This document shows positions 1-14,435 of a DNA stretch of 64,000 bases, piece by piece. The notes under the pieces were generated by a model, which did no database searches, was not told the origin of the DNA, and saw nothing but the letters and a program-made list of their open reading frames with translations. Numbering within the stretch: the first letter of the stretch is position 1; each line of letters starts with the position of its first letter. Source of the DNA: Eledone cirrhosa (taxonomy: Eukaryota); assembly GCA_964016885.1 (NCBI GenBank), contig CAXHJY010000542.1:5324-69323 (forward strand), written 5' to 3'. Position numbers and translations under genes: made by a program.

Positions 1-115
1 CATAAGGCAATTATTCCATTTGCCTGTGGTTTCTTAAAAGCAAAAGGTTTTGAGGATTGAAAGCAAAACCTTTTGCTTTTAAGAAACCACTGGTAAATGG
101 AATAATTGCCTTATG
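1..115. repeat. Palindrome at window edge, family of the 37.5 kb hammerhead
   Basis: Arms 1-52 and 64-115, 11-nt loop, two mismatches; right arm contains GAAAccactggTAaatggaataattg. Confidence 0.9.
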
Positions 116-156
116 TTGTTTATTACATAATAATATATATATATATATATAATATA

Positions 157-226
<70 letters not shown>

Positions 227-377
227 TATATAATATATATTAGAATAGAGGCGGTAAAAAACCAGTAAGACCATTAATCATCAGAGTACTCGATAGTAGA
301 GTGCGGTCATGAATTTTTTCATATATATGCATATATATATATATACACACACATATATAAATATATATGTATGTATT

Positions 378-435
<58 letters not shown>

Positions 436-942
436 AAGACAGGGGGGAAGAAAAAAATGGCTTCACTTGTACTTTCAACAAATTTATTTTCTTCACAATA
501 TCCAAAAATATTTTTTTTCCGGATTAGAAAAAATTATTTATTTTATTTTTATTTTTTTATTTTTTATAAATTGAGTCGTTGGTGTATGTGTGTATGTATA
601 TATATATGTGTATGTATGGTCCCGTAACTCCTGATAGAGTTGTAAAGGCGCCATATTGACATACGGCGTTTCTTGGGTATTTTAAGGCCTGAGTACAGTA
701 GATTTCTTACAAAGAGAGCTTAAAAGTGAGAGAGAGGAAATGAGAAAGAAATGTAGAGGAAGAATTGACCCCAGTACTAGACTGGTACTTTTTGTTATTG
801 ACCTCGAAAGGATGAAAGGCAAAGTTGACTTCGGTGGGGTTTGAACTCTGAGAGAGCAGAGATATATATACATACATATATACATACATATATACATACA
901 ATTTTTTAAATATTTATATGTATATTTACATATATTTATGTG

Positions 943-986
<44 letters not shown>

Positions 987-987
<1 letters not shown>

Positions 988-1205
988 AGGAACGATCGAC
1001 TTTCGTCAAATCGGACCGACGGAATAATGTTTCCGTTGGTCTTTCCAATTGCTAATACTATCTATCGGTCGCAACTCCAGGTAGAAGGAGCAACGTGAAA
1101 TAAAGTGTCTTGCTCAAGGACATAACGCATCGCCTGGTCCGGGAATCGAACTCACAACCTCACGATTGCGAATCCAATTCTCTAACCACTCAGCCACACG
1201 CCTTC
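987..1205 (-). mobile_element. CORE-like tRNA SINE copy
   Basis: Reverse complement of 30363-30582. Confidence 0.8.
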
Positions 1206-1207
1206 AC

Positions 1208-1259
<52 letters not shown>

Positions 1260-1329
1260 ACAAATACATGTAAATATACATATAGATATAAAAACATGTA
1301 TGTATATATACATGACAGTGTCTGTGTGG

Positions 1330-1380
<51 letters not shown>

Positions 1381-1461
1381 AGTCGTGAGAACGTTGGATA
1401 GAATGCTTTATGTTATTCGTTTCGGCTCTCTGCTCTCGGAGCTCAAATCCCACCGAGGTCA

Positions 1462-1537
<76 letters not shown>

Positions 1538-1821
1538 AAGAAAAAAAGATGAAATCGAAAATGCAACTGGAGTCTTATTTTTTAAAAATTATATATATTT
1601 ATTTGGTTCCTTTACCGGTTTCAAAAGTAGAGTTGAGATGGAGGGTCTGTGGTTTTTCTCGCATCAGATGTGAGAAAAACCACAGACCCTATCTCTACCT
1701 CTATATCTCTAGCTGTCTGTCTGTCTGTCCGTCACACTATCTCTACCTCTATGGTTAGAATCTCCTGGATAGTTTTAAAAATATTTTGCTTGTTGTATCC
1801 CAACAAATTAAATATAACCTC

Positions 1822-1866
<45 letters not shown>

Positions 1867-2446
1867 ATATTATTATATTTGGGTTTGGGAAGGGTCATGT
1901 TGTTATAATATTGCCAAAAATATATAATAAAACATTTCACACCCCAAATATAATAATATTTGTTTCAACACTCGATTTCATACCAAAAAACCTTGCATAA
2001 CAAATTCATCGCCGCATAATTGTATATATATATGTGTATATATATATGTGTATATATATGTGTGTGTATATATATGTGTGTGTATGTGTGTATATGTGTA
2101 TATATATATGTGTATATGTATATATATGTGTATATATATGTGTATATATATGTGTATCTATATATATGTATATATATATATATATATGTATATATATGTA
2201 TGCATATATAAATATGTTCATATATATATATGCATATGTATATATTTATGTATATATATTTATATTTATATATGTATATATATATCTATATATATATCTA
2301 TATATATATCTATATATAGATATAATCATATGTATATGTATTTATATATGTATATATATATGTGTGTGTATATATATATATATATATAGATATATATGTA
2401 CATATATATATATATGTATATGTATATACATATATATATATATACA

Positions 2447-2537
<91 letters not shown>

Positions 2538-2728
2538 AATGTTATAAATATGATAAGGAAAGTTGTGATACCATCTTGCATTTCTTTCAAGTCAATATAT
2601 TTCGAGATAAAATCCTTTCATCAAAAGATAAATAGAAAAAGTTAGTTCGTGTTTGATATTTGTCGTCGTTACTAAGTTGCCAACTTTTAATATTTATCTC
2701 CTATTTTTATGGACACACACAGACACAT

Positions 2729-2863
<135 letters not shown>

Positions 2864-3377
2864 CAAATACATGCATACACACACAGACACATGCATACAC
2901 GCACACGCACACATGCATACACACACACACAGACACACACACACACACACGCTCACTCAGACACAGACACACATACACAGACACATGCATACACAGACTC
3001 AGAGAAGTACTCACACACACACACATACACGAACACTCACACAGACACACACATACGCACGCATACACATACACACACACATACACGAACACTCACACAG
3101 ACACACACATACACACACATACACATACACACACACACACATCACACACAGAAGCACACACAAGCACGTAGAGAAATACACACACACACACACACATACA
3201 CTCATACAGACACACGCACACACAGAGAAATGCACACGCGCACACACACAGACACACACTCACAGACACACGCATACATACGCATACACACACACACCAC
3301 ACAGAAACACACTCACCGAAACACACACAACACACACTGACATAGATTCACACACATGTATATTCAATTCATTATTC

Positions 3378-4152
3378 TCTCACTATCTCTGTCTGTCTGT
3401 CACACTATCTCTACCTCTATATCTCTAGCACTATGTCTGTCTGTCTGTCACACTATCTCTACCTCTATATCTCTAGCTATCTGTCTGTCTGTCTGTCCGT
3501 CACACTACATCTACCTCTATATCTCTAGCACTATGTCTGTTTGTCCGTCACACTATCTCTACCTTCTTTACCTCTATATCTCTAGCTATATGTCTGTCTG
3601 TCTGTCACACTATCTTTACCTCTATATCTCTAGCACTATGTCTGTCTGTCACACTATCTCTACCTCTATATCTCTAGCTATCTGTCTGTCTGTCCGTCAC
3701 ACTATCTCTACCTCTATATCTCTTGCACTATGTCTGTCTATCTGTCACACTATCTCTCCCTCTATATCTCTAGCACTATGTCTGTCTGTCTGTCACACTA
3801 TCTCTACCTCTATATCTCTAGCACTATGTCTGTCTGTCACACTATCTCTACCTCTATATCTCTAGCTATCTGTCTGTCTGTCTGTCCGTCACACTACATC
3901 TACCTCTATATCTCTAGCACTATGTCTGTCTGTCTGTCACACTATCTTTACCTCTATATCTCTAGCTCTATGTCTGTCTGTCACACTATCTCTACCTCTA
4001 TATCTCTAGCTGTTTGTCTGTCCGTCACACTATCTCTACCTATATATCTCTAGCTATATATCTGTCTGTCCGTCACACTATCTCTAGCTATCTGTCTGTC
4101 TGTCTGTCACACTATCTCTACCTCTTTAAACATATGTCTGTATGTCACACTA
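3378..4152. repeat. About 45-bp minisatellite
   Basis: Unit gtcacactatctctacctctatatctctagcactatgtctgtct; a 1.5-unit copy also sits at 1690-1752. Confidence 0.9.
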
Positions 4153-5289
4153 TGTATGTGTGCGCGCACGCACACTTATGCATACAGCCTCCCCCCACAC
4201 ACATTCACAACCACATTACAATCAGTTAAACAAATACATACACACACATACGCACACAAACTTACACACACACACACACATATCCATAGATACACACAGG
4301 CATATACGACCACATTACACGTGTTCTGTTTATAACACACGAACACATAAATACAAACACACACATACACACACAGAAACATACACACACATTCACGACC
4401 ACATTACAAGCATTCTGTTTGTCATTCACAAACATGCACACACTCACTTACACACACACACACACATATACATATACACATATATGCATACACACACATA
4501 TACATACACGCACATATACACACACACATATACATACACACACATATACATACACACAGATATACATACACACACATACACACATATACACATACACACA
4601 CATATACATAGGCACACATATACATGCACACATATATACATACATATACACTCTCACACACATACACATACATATGTATTTGTATATATATATATATGTG
4701 TGTGTGTATATGTGTATATATGCACATACATATACATACACACACATACACATACTTATATATACAGACACCTACACACAAACACATACATATATATATA
4801 TACATATACATATACATATACACATACATATACATACATACATATACATACACACATACATATATATATACATATGCATATTTTGACATAAATTGACTTT
4901 GCTTTTATTCAATCAGTGAAGAACTAAAATTGATGGCCTTCCCGTTTATAGTGCTGCACTCCTGCCATTCCGTCCTGCCATCACACCCCCTATATACTGA
5001 CAGCACAGTCCATATTATACATAGCTCTTTCATGTGACAGCTGTCTATGTTTTCCACATATACACCCATATAGATGCTATCTGGTAAGTTCGTTTGTTCA
5101 TCTATAAATGCATTGCTTACATAATAAGTAATTGTGTATGTAAATATTCCTACACACACACACATACACACACACGTACCACACTCACTCACGCACACAC
5201 ACACACACACACACATACACATATACACACACATACATACATACATACATACATACATACATACATACATACATACATACATACACATA

Positions 5290-5322
<33 letters not shown>

Positions 5323-5856
5323 GTACCACACTCACTCACGCACACATACACACGTCCACACATACATACATACATACAAACATACACATATACACATACA
5401 CACATACACACACACACACGCGTCCACACATACATACATACAAACATGCATACATATATACATAGACACGGAAACATGACACAAAACATGCAGATCCACA
5501 CATACAATAACATCCATACGTAAACATACATATAAACAAACACACACGCACACACACACGCACACGCACAAACACACACACTCACATAAACATACACACA
5601 TACACACATAAACACACACGCACTCACATAAATATACACACACACATACAGGCATGCGTACGTATTTAGATAGTTGATGTCTAAATTCCAATGAAAGTAT
5701 CTTATGTCACGGTTAGAAACCGACTTTCTATCGGGGAAAATTTATAAAGCAATATAGCTAGAAGAACACACATACATACATGCATACATACATACATACA
5801 TACATACATACATACATACATACATACATACATACATACATACATACATACATACA

Positions 5857-6165
5857 TAGGAAATTACAAGTACAATCCATTAATGGAACAGTAAAAAATA
5901 TGTAAAACATTCCAAAAATTCTGCATCTAATAACTGCATATACACATGTTCAGCTACAAAGCATATACACATGTATACATACAACTCAAAACATAAACAT
6001 CCATACATACAATAACAGCCATACCTGCACACACATGCATACATGCAGAAATATATACATATCTATCTAATTGTTGTGTAAATTCCAACGAGAGAGTCTT
6101 GTAACTATGTTAGAAACCGACTCTCCCTCTATTGGTAAAAATTTATGAAATTATAAAACCAGAAC
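5857..6165 (+). mobile_element. 3' end of the same R4/Dong-like element
   Basis: taggaaattacaagtacaatccattaatggaacagtaaaaaatatgtaaaac matches the reverse complement of 34570-34620; ends aaaccagaa followed by (CATA)n. Confidence 0.75.
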
Positions 6166-6205
6166 ATACATACATACATACATACATACATACATACATA
6201 CATAC

Positions 6206-6755
6206 ATGGTGGCTGCCAACTCGTTTTCGAGTACGGCCACTACTTTATATCCATGTAGGAGAACCCCTACTGATGCGCTGAACAAGTGCGACTTTTTAGT
6301 CCAGCCAGCGACTTGAAAACTCTGGTACAAACACTACACTTGTGACAATTATTGACACATAGTGCTGGGCCCATGGTACCATGTGATGACAAGTGCAGAG
6401 AGATCTCCAGATATAAAGCAATGCCTGTGCTGTCAAGCTTTTATAGTGAGCAAAGGCACTGCACAAAGCCAGTCCCACTCTCTTAACCAAGATGATATTT
6501 ACCAAAAAGAAGAACAAGTCAACATCATTGGATACCATCAGGGTTGCAGGTGTTATATCAGAGTTTTCCTTCTCCTAGAATTCTGCCTTGACAAAGGCTA
6601 AGGGGTCATCATCTCCCGGGTCGTTGGCGACTAAACTGGAAACCCCACCAAGGTTTCTTGGTGAGGAGGGTGACTTTGGACATCCTGCAGGACTAAAAAC
6701 AAAACCTGTCAAAGGGCAAAGGAGCCCTTAAGAGTCAATGGCCATCCAAAATCAC
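6206..6755 (-). mobile_element. Same family, with inverted 5' segment
   Basis: 6206-6617 is collinear with 32074-32484; 6618-6755 is the reverse complement of 32486-32623. Confidence 0.75.
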
Positions 6756-7724
6756 ATACATACATACATACATACATACATACATACATACATACATACA
6801 TACATACATACATACAATCATATAGACAGACAGACAGGGAAACATATGCTCGTGTATATATATATACTTTTGGCACAAGGCCAGCAATTATCTCAGAGTA
6901 TTACTGGTACTTTATTTTATCGACCCTGTAAGGATGAAAGGCAAAGTTAACCTCGGCGCGGGATTTGAACTCAGACCATATAGGGCTGTAACTCTTTGCT
7001 GCAAAGCATGGCGTCCGACCCTCTACCGATACTGCCAATCCACCTATAATGCAAAACATGCAGATCCACACATACAATAACATCCATACCTAACCCCCCC
7101 CCCCCCCCCCCCCCCACACACACACAGACACAGACGCATACAAAGGATTATATATAACTTAGTACTTTATTTTATTGACCTCGGCAGAATGAAAGGCAAA
7201 AATGACCTCGGCTGGATTTGAACTGAGAACGTAGAAAAGGATAGTAGCGAAATACTACTGTAAGACATGTCGTACCGCGCGCAATGGACTCATCCACTCC
7301 ATTGTATGTCTGATAACAAATAATTTATAAGAAGATAAAAACAGCTTATTTTTTTTTGGCATGGACACTATATTAATTAATAAACCCCGACCACATACCA
7401 CTCAATTTCTACTGCTTGTCCACCACCATGATAGTACGTCAATTTGTCTGCCATGACAGTTCGTTGATATTAACATATTAATCAAACTTTTGTTTGTTTT
7501 TTTTTTTCACTTTTAGATCTATTTGTTTGTTTGCTGTTGTTGTTGTTGTTCTATGCTGTTTTGTCAGTCTTTAATGAATTGAACTTTATATGATAAAAAA
7601 GAGTCCTTTTCAGTGAAACTCTGATATCCGTTAATGTTACACGTGTCTGTGGAATGCTCAGCCACTTGCACGTTAATTTCATGAGCAGGCTGGCTATTCC
7701 GTTGATCGAAACAACCGGAGCACC

Positions 7725-8195
7725 CACCGTCGAAACCGATGGAAGCCCATTTCACAAGATGATAGAGGGTGTTGTGATTTGTAGGAGCTTTGTCTATTAT
7801 TTCTACTAGGTTGGGTGACTGCGTCTTTCAGAACACTCACCGTCAGAACCGACGGAAGCCCATCACAAGATGATAGAGTGTTTTGATTTGAGGGAGCTTT
7901 GACTGTTATTTCTAGTAGGTCGGGTGACTGCGTCTTTACAGAAAATTCACTGTAGAAACCGACGGAAGCCCATTTCACAAGATGATAGAGGGTGTTGTGA
8001 TTTGAGGGAGCTTTGACTGTTATTTCTAGTAGGTTGGGTGGCTGCGTCTTTATCGAAACCCACGGAAGCCCATTTCATATGACAGAGTGTGTTATTTAAG
8101 GACTCACCGTCGAAACCGACGAAAGCTCATTGCAGAAGATGATAGAAGGTGTTGTGCTTTGAGGGAGCTTTGATTGTTGTTTCAAGTAGATCAGG
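7725..8195. repeat. About 110-bp tandem repeat (4-5 diverged copies)
   Basis: Recurring gaaaccgacggaagcccatttcacaagatgatagag..gggagctttgactgttatttctagtagg. Confidence 0.85.
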
Positions 8196-8792
8196 CGCCG
8201 GAGTAAAGGCTTCTAATGTCGGCACATCTCCATAGAAGGTTCCTTGTAGAAACCGACGTAGGTCCGTTCCACGAACATTAAACGACAACGCGCCTCTGCG
8301 TGTCCAAAGCTCCTCAACAGATAAGACCTTTCTCTAATCCAGCTGTCCATTGAAGCTCTGTAATCATCGATGAGTGATCAACGAAGAAGATGAAGCGAAG
8401 AAACAGTGTTAGATGTCCACTAAGCTGGTGTTCGATCTTTAATCTTATTGATTGGTTTAGCTTAATGATACGTGATATGTCAACGTTGGGTTTGTCTTTC
8501 AAAGCTTCGAGTATATTAACGTCGCCATTTTACCAAATTAAAATGTGTTAATAATGAGGAGATAGAGCTAAATGAAATAGAATTGGCGACGACGACAGTG
8601 TTGTTGTTGTTGTTGGTGTTGGTGGTAGTGGTAGTAGTGGTGGTGGGGATGATTGTGGCGGTGTGTAGAGGGCCGTAGGGGTGTTGATAATTAAAATTGT
8701 GTCTGTGCAAAATGGCTGCCATAAAGTTAAACATTATTACTGACAACACAGTCATCTCTACCATTAACACATCCTTATCCACAGCAACCACC

Positions 8793-8905
<113 letters not shown>

Positions 8906-9244
8906 CACCACCACCACCACTACTACTACTACTATTAATACAATTTGACAGGGTCGTTAGAAGGTCGGATATATTGCTTTGTGGTATTTGTTCTGGCTGT
9001 CAACTCTCAGAGTTCAAATCCCACCAACTTTACCTTTCATCCTTTCGAAGTCGATAAAAAAATATACCAGTTTAGTACTGGGGTCGATTCTTCCTTTATA
9101 TCTCTTTCTCACTTCCATTCTTTGGAACAAACCTGCTGTATTCCAACTTGGAGAGGAGATGGACCCCAACAGGTTTTTTTTAAAAGATCCCAAGAACGCA
9201 GTATGTCAGTACGGCGCCTCTACGATTCCTTCAGGAGTTATGGG

Positions 9245-9324
<80 letters not shown>

Positions 9325-9736
9325 CTCTTCCTCTTTATATATATATATATATATTGATCTCCATTCTCTCGGTTACTTACTTACTTACATGTACCATTGT
9401 CCGTGTTCTCTCTTCTATCGGTATATTTACTTATTTTTTCCCTTTTTTCTTCTCCTTTTTTTTTCATTTTTTTCTTCTCTCTTTCTTCTCTCTTTCTTCT
9501 CTCTTTCTTCTCTCTTTCTTCTCTCTTTCTTCTTTCCTTTCTCTCCATCGTGGCCTTTTGATAGATAAAAGGCTATGGACGCACTACGGATAGATGTATA
9601 GTTTATAATTCGCCGAAACATCCGTGATCCGTAGTAAACTACTGACGAAGGGACACTGTCCATCTCTTGTTTGGGTTTCCTTACCTTCTAACACTCGTTA
9701 TCAGTAACCACACAGCCCCTCCTCTCAATCCATAAT

Positions 9737-9768
<32 letters not shown>

Positions 9769-10904
9769 TAAAGGCTAAGTGGTGAGGCCTTGTTACTCTG
9801 GAGTTTCATCACTTTGCCTTTTAATGAATATTTAAACTCTACGTAGTTATTGAGTACTTTTATAAATATATACATTAACATATACAGGGAGTTGAACCTG
9901 GTTCATTCACTACATACTCATCACATCGTAGATTGACCTAAATATTTCACATCAAATATTATAGTTTAGAGAAGATATGAAAATGTAATTTGAAAAAAAA
10001 AAAAAAAAAAAAGACATGAATAAAAATGTAAAAAAATACGAGATATTAAGAATAGAACGAGGCAAATTATCAGGTTGGACTGATGATTTAAAACATCATG
10101 GATGGCGGAGAGGAAATAGAGCTGGAATTGAATTTGAATATGAATGATGAGTCATTGATTAGGTATGGACATAAATGAGGGTTAAAATGTGTGAAATTAG
10201 GATAGTGATTGAATAATTTGACAAAAATAAATCAAAATTTAATTCTCGACTCCATTTAGATAACAAAAGGCGTTACAACATTAGTTTTGAAAATGTTCGG
10301 CAGTTAGTTCCGGTAGAATACAATTGAAAATATAACAACGTAACAAGACAACGTAGGAGGGTGTACGTCGTTACTGAACGGATGAGGGGGGGAAAGGGCG
10401 GCTACAAGAAACAAGTAAAGGACCTATAACTCCTTGTGGAGTTGTAGAGGCGCCGTCCTACGGCGTGTCTAGGGCACTTTTAAACCTGGCGGAGCCCAAC
10501 CTTCTCTAGGTGTGAACACACCCGACTTTTTCTATAGAGGAAGAATCGACTCCAGTACTGGACTGGTACTTTTTTTATCGACCTCGAAAGGATGAAAGGC
10601 AAAGTTGACCTCGGCGGGATTTGAACTGAGAGCGCGCGACAAGGTGAGACGAATACCGTAAAGCATTCTATCCGACGTCTTAACGACTCTGCCATTTCGT
10701 CGCCCTATAAGAAACTAGTAACATCAACCAAATCTTCAAATTACAGTCTGCCTTAAAAATGTAAGTTAATAATAATAAAAGGAGTTTGACTGTCTCGGGC
10801 CCGGAGAGTCACCAGGCCGCTACTTATTTCGGTGTCTGTGATGTGAACTGACTGAAAATACAAGACTTACCCCTGGACATGGTGCCAGTCTATCACAGCG
10901 TTAA

Positions 10905-11108
10905 AGTCTGTCTCGAACCCTAAGGTTCACCAGGCCGGTGCTCATCCTGATTTCCGCGGAGTTAAAGATTGAGAGGATAAGTCTGCCTCCTGGACAGGAC
11001 GCCAGTCCATCGCAGGGTTAAACCGCTTGCTATTGTTGGCACTCATTTTTAGCTGACTATACTGGAACAACGTGAAATGAAATGTTTTGCCCCAGAACAC
11101 AACACACA
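10905..11108 (-). mobile_element. SINE fragment with V/Meta-like central domain
   Basis: Minus strand has aaccctgcgatggactggcgtcctgtccagg; related pieces at about 10790-10900, 25110-25255 and 28688-28828. Confidence 0.55.
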
Positions 11109-11119
11109 ACCCAGTCCAG

Positions 11120-12232
11120 AAAGCAATAACAATAGCAACAACGACACTAACAACAACGCCATCACCACCACCAACAACAACAACAACAACAAAACAACAA
11201 CAAAATAACAACGCCACCACCACCAACAACAACAAAACAACGACAAAACGACAACAAAACACCACCACCACCACCACCACCAATACCACCACCAATACTA
11301 TCACCACCACCACCACCACCAATACCACCACCAACGCCACCACCACCACCACCACCACCAATACCACCACCAACACCACCACCACCACCAATACCACCAC
11401 CAACACCACCACCACCACCAATACCACCACCAACACCACCACCACCACCACCACCACCACCAATACCACCACCAACACCACCACCACCACCACCACCACC
11501 ACCAACACCGCCACCACCACCAATACCACCACCAACACCACCACCACCACCACCACCACTACCACCATCACCACCACCACCACCACCACCAATACCACCA
11601 CCAACACCACCACCAACACCAATACCACCACCAACACCACCACCACCACCACCACCACCACCACTACCACCAACACCAACACCACCACCACCACCACCAA
11701 CACCACCACCACCACCACCAATACCACCACTACCAACACCACTACCAACACCACCACCACCACCACCACCACCACCAATACCACCAACACCACCACCACC
11801 ACCACCAACGCCACCACCACCAACACCACCACCACCACCAACACCACCACCACCACCACCAATACCACCACCACCACCACCAACACCACCACCACCACCA
11901 CCAACACCACCACCACCACCACCACCACCACCACCACCACCAATACCACCACTACCAACACCACCACCAATACCACCACCAACACCACCACCACCACCAC
12001 CACCACCACCACTACCACCATCACCACCACCACCACCACCACCAATACCACCACCACCACCAACACCACCACCAACACCAATACCACCACCAACACCACC
12101 ACCACCACCACCACCACCACCACTACCACCAACACCAACACCACCACCACCAACACCACCACCACCACCACCAATACCACCACTACCAACACCACTACCA
12201 ACACCACTACCAACACCAACAACAACAATAGC
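11120..12232. repeat. (ACC/AAC)n trinucleotide tract
   Basis: Source of the poly-Thr/poly-Val ORFs. Confidence 0.95.
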
Positions 12233-12544
12233 AACACATTATTTGAAACAATGGCTTTCCAGATATCTTCTTGTAAAGTATCTACCAAGCATAAACAATA
12301 TCTTCCACAACAGAAGCCACCAATCCATTCAACAATGGAAATTCTTAGTTGTTTTATACTTGTCCGGCTTTTCCACCATTTTCTTCCCAATTTCTGATTC
12401 TTTACATCCGCTTTTCTTTCTCAATATTCTATCTCTCTCTCACTGTCTGCCTGCCCATCTGTCTGTCTGTCTGTCTGCCGGCCCATCTGTCTGTCTGTCT
12501 CTATGTCTCTCTGTCTGTCTATCCATCTATTTGTTTGTCTGATA

Positions 12545-12797
12545 AAAGATCAAGGGAGCACCCACTCTCTGTTCTCCTGAGGAGAAGGGTTGCACACTTT
12601 TTTCGGGGACGTGTGCGACCCCCCAAGGCGCCTCCTCCCTATTGAGGATTTTGTTATAAAATTTATTTTGTTATGTTGTATTTTATTTTTACATCTTGTT
12701 ATTGCCTCCTCCTTATTGAGGACGCCTTTTTATGTAAACTCCCCCCATTGTACTTGTCCCACTTTTTGATACCCTGGTGGCAAATAAAAAGAAAATT
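12545..12797 (+). mobile_element. 3' UTR-only copy of the same Tx1/L1 LINE
   Basis: Near-identical to 13600-13855 (caagggagcaccc..ggagaagggttgcacacttttttcggg..ggcaaataaaa). Confidence 0.8.
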
Positions 12798-12849
12798 ATC
12801 TATTTGTTTGTCTAACTGTGTCTGGCTGTCTATCTATCTATTTTTTTTT

Positions 12850-13858
12850 CAAAGACCGAGAAAACTGGGCGCCTGGCACACTGAGTGTGCCCAGGCGCTC
12901 ACCGCCCTCTGGCAGGCGGATCCGGTTATCAGTGGAGACTCCACCGCAACATTCTATAGAGGGCTGGTACGCAGCAGGTGCGACGACGCCCTCGGAGAAG
13001 CCCTAGACATGGAGGAGGACGAACTGGCCAGCCTGTTCGGTAGGACATTCAGCCCGGGACCTATGGACAACTTCCAGAAGTCCCTGGCCTGGCAGTGCTA
13101 CCGAGGGGCTTTACCCGTTCGAGAAAGGCTCTACAGACACGGGCGCCCGGGTAGGGACCCCGCCAAAAAGATCTGTCCCAGATGCGTGTGCGACGAGGAA
13201 ACCGTTGCACACGCATTAGTACACTGCTCGGGCGTAGCCGATCTGTGGGGCTATGTCGAACAACTGCTGTCAAGGGTGGGACCGATCCGGTTGACCACCG
13301 AGTCTATTGTAATGATCAAGCCGCCTCCCCCCTTCAAAGATGAAGCAGAGGTGGTGTTTCTGTGCGTAATAGCCATGGCGAAAGAGGTTGTATGGTGGAC
13401 GCGTCTGAAAGGACTGAGGTCGGGCACCTTTCTCTCTGGCCAACAACTGGTCCGTTTCTTCCGATATCATTTTGGAAGAAGGATCAGGATGGAGAGAGAG
13501 GTGCTGCACCCCAGCCGTTTCTATGAAAGATGGGTGAAAGTGGCGAGATGGCCCGTGTGAATGGGCCTTCACTCTACATCAGACTATAGGTGAGGAAGAT
13601 GAAAGACCAAGGGAGCACCCCTTCTCTGTGCTCCTGAGGAGAAGGGTTGCACACTTTTTTCGGGGGTGTGTGCGACCACCCAAGGCGCCTCCTCTCTATT
13701 GAGGATTTTGTTAAAAATTTTATTTTTTGTTATATCTTATTTTATTTTTATATTTTGTTATTGCCTCCTCCTTATTGAGGACGCCTTTTTGTGTAAACTC
13801 CCCCCTTTGTACTTGTCCCACTTTTGATGCCCTAGTGGCAAATAAAAGAAATATATCT
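12850..13858 (+). mobile_element. 5'-truncated L1/Tx1-clade LINE (ORF2 C-terminal zinc knuckle and 3' UTR)
   Basis: Open frame to 13560 with SLAWQCYRGALPVRERL..CPRCVCDEETVAHALVHC (zf-RVT-like CCHC); 3' UTR ends AATAAAAGAAA followed by atatct. Confidence 0.85.
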
Positions 13859-13869
13859 ATTTTTTTTCC

Positions 13870-14228
13870 TTTTTTCAAATACCACTTTAGAAGAGAGAGA
13901 GGTGCTGTACCCCAGCAAGTTTTATGAAAGGTGGGTGAAAGTGGCGAGAATGGCCCGAGTGAATGGGCCTTCTCTCTATATCAGCCTGTAGGTTGAGGAA
14001 AAAGAGGAAGAGAGGAAAAGGGTACTCACTCTTCGTACTCCTGGAGATGAGGGTTGCACATTTTTTCGGGGGTATGTGTTACCCATATGAACTGTCTCCC
14101 CCTATTGGGGAAAATCGATTAATTTTTAAATTGCATTTGTGATAATATTTTACACGTTTTTATTGTATGTAAACTTCCCCCTTTTGTATTGTCCCCTTCT
14201 TTTGTGCCCCTGTGGCTAATAAAGAAAC
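13870..14228 (+). mobile_element. Diverged 3' fragment of related Tx1/L1 LINE
   Basis: Repeats the ORF end (tgggtgaaagtggcgaga..gaatgggcctt) and UTR; ends AATAAAGAAA then (ATCT)n. Confidence 0.78.
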
Positions 14229-14268
<40 letters not shown>

Positions 14269-14361
14269 AAATCAGTTTTTCTATTTATCTGTCTGTTTGT
14301 CTGTCTGTCTATCTACCCTATCTATCTACCTACCTACCTACATATCTGTCTATCTATCGAA

Positions 14362-14435
<74 letters not shown>

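Noticed and set aside
6296-6601. About 80-aa ORFs repeated at 26.4 and 32.1 kb
   Set aside because: They recur because the repeat copies are near-identical; no recognisable domain.
9580-9670. CTGACGA and CGAAAC motifs suggesting a hammerhead
   Set aside because: Could not assemble three consistent stems with a valid NUH.
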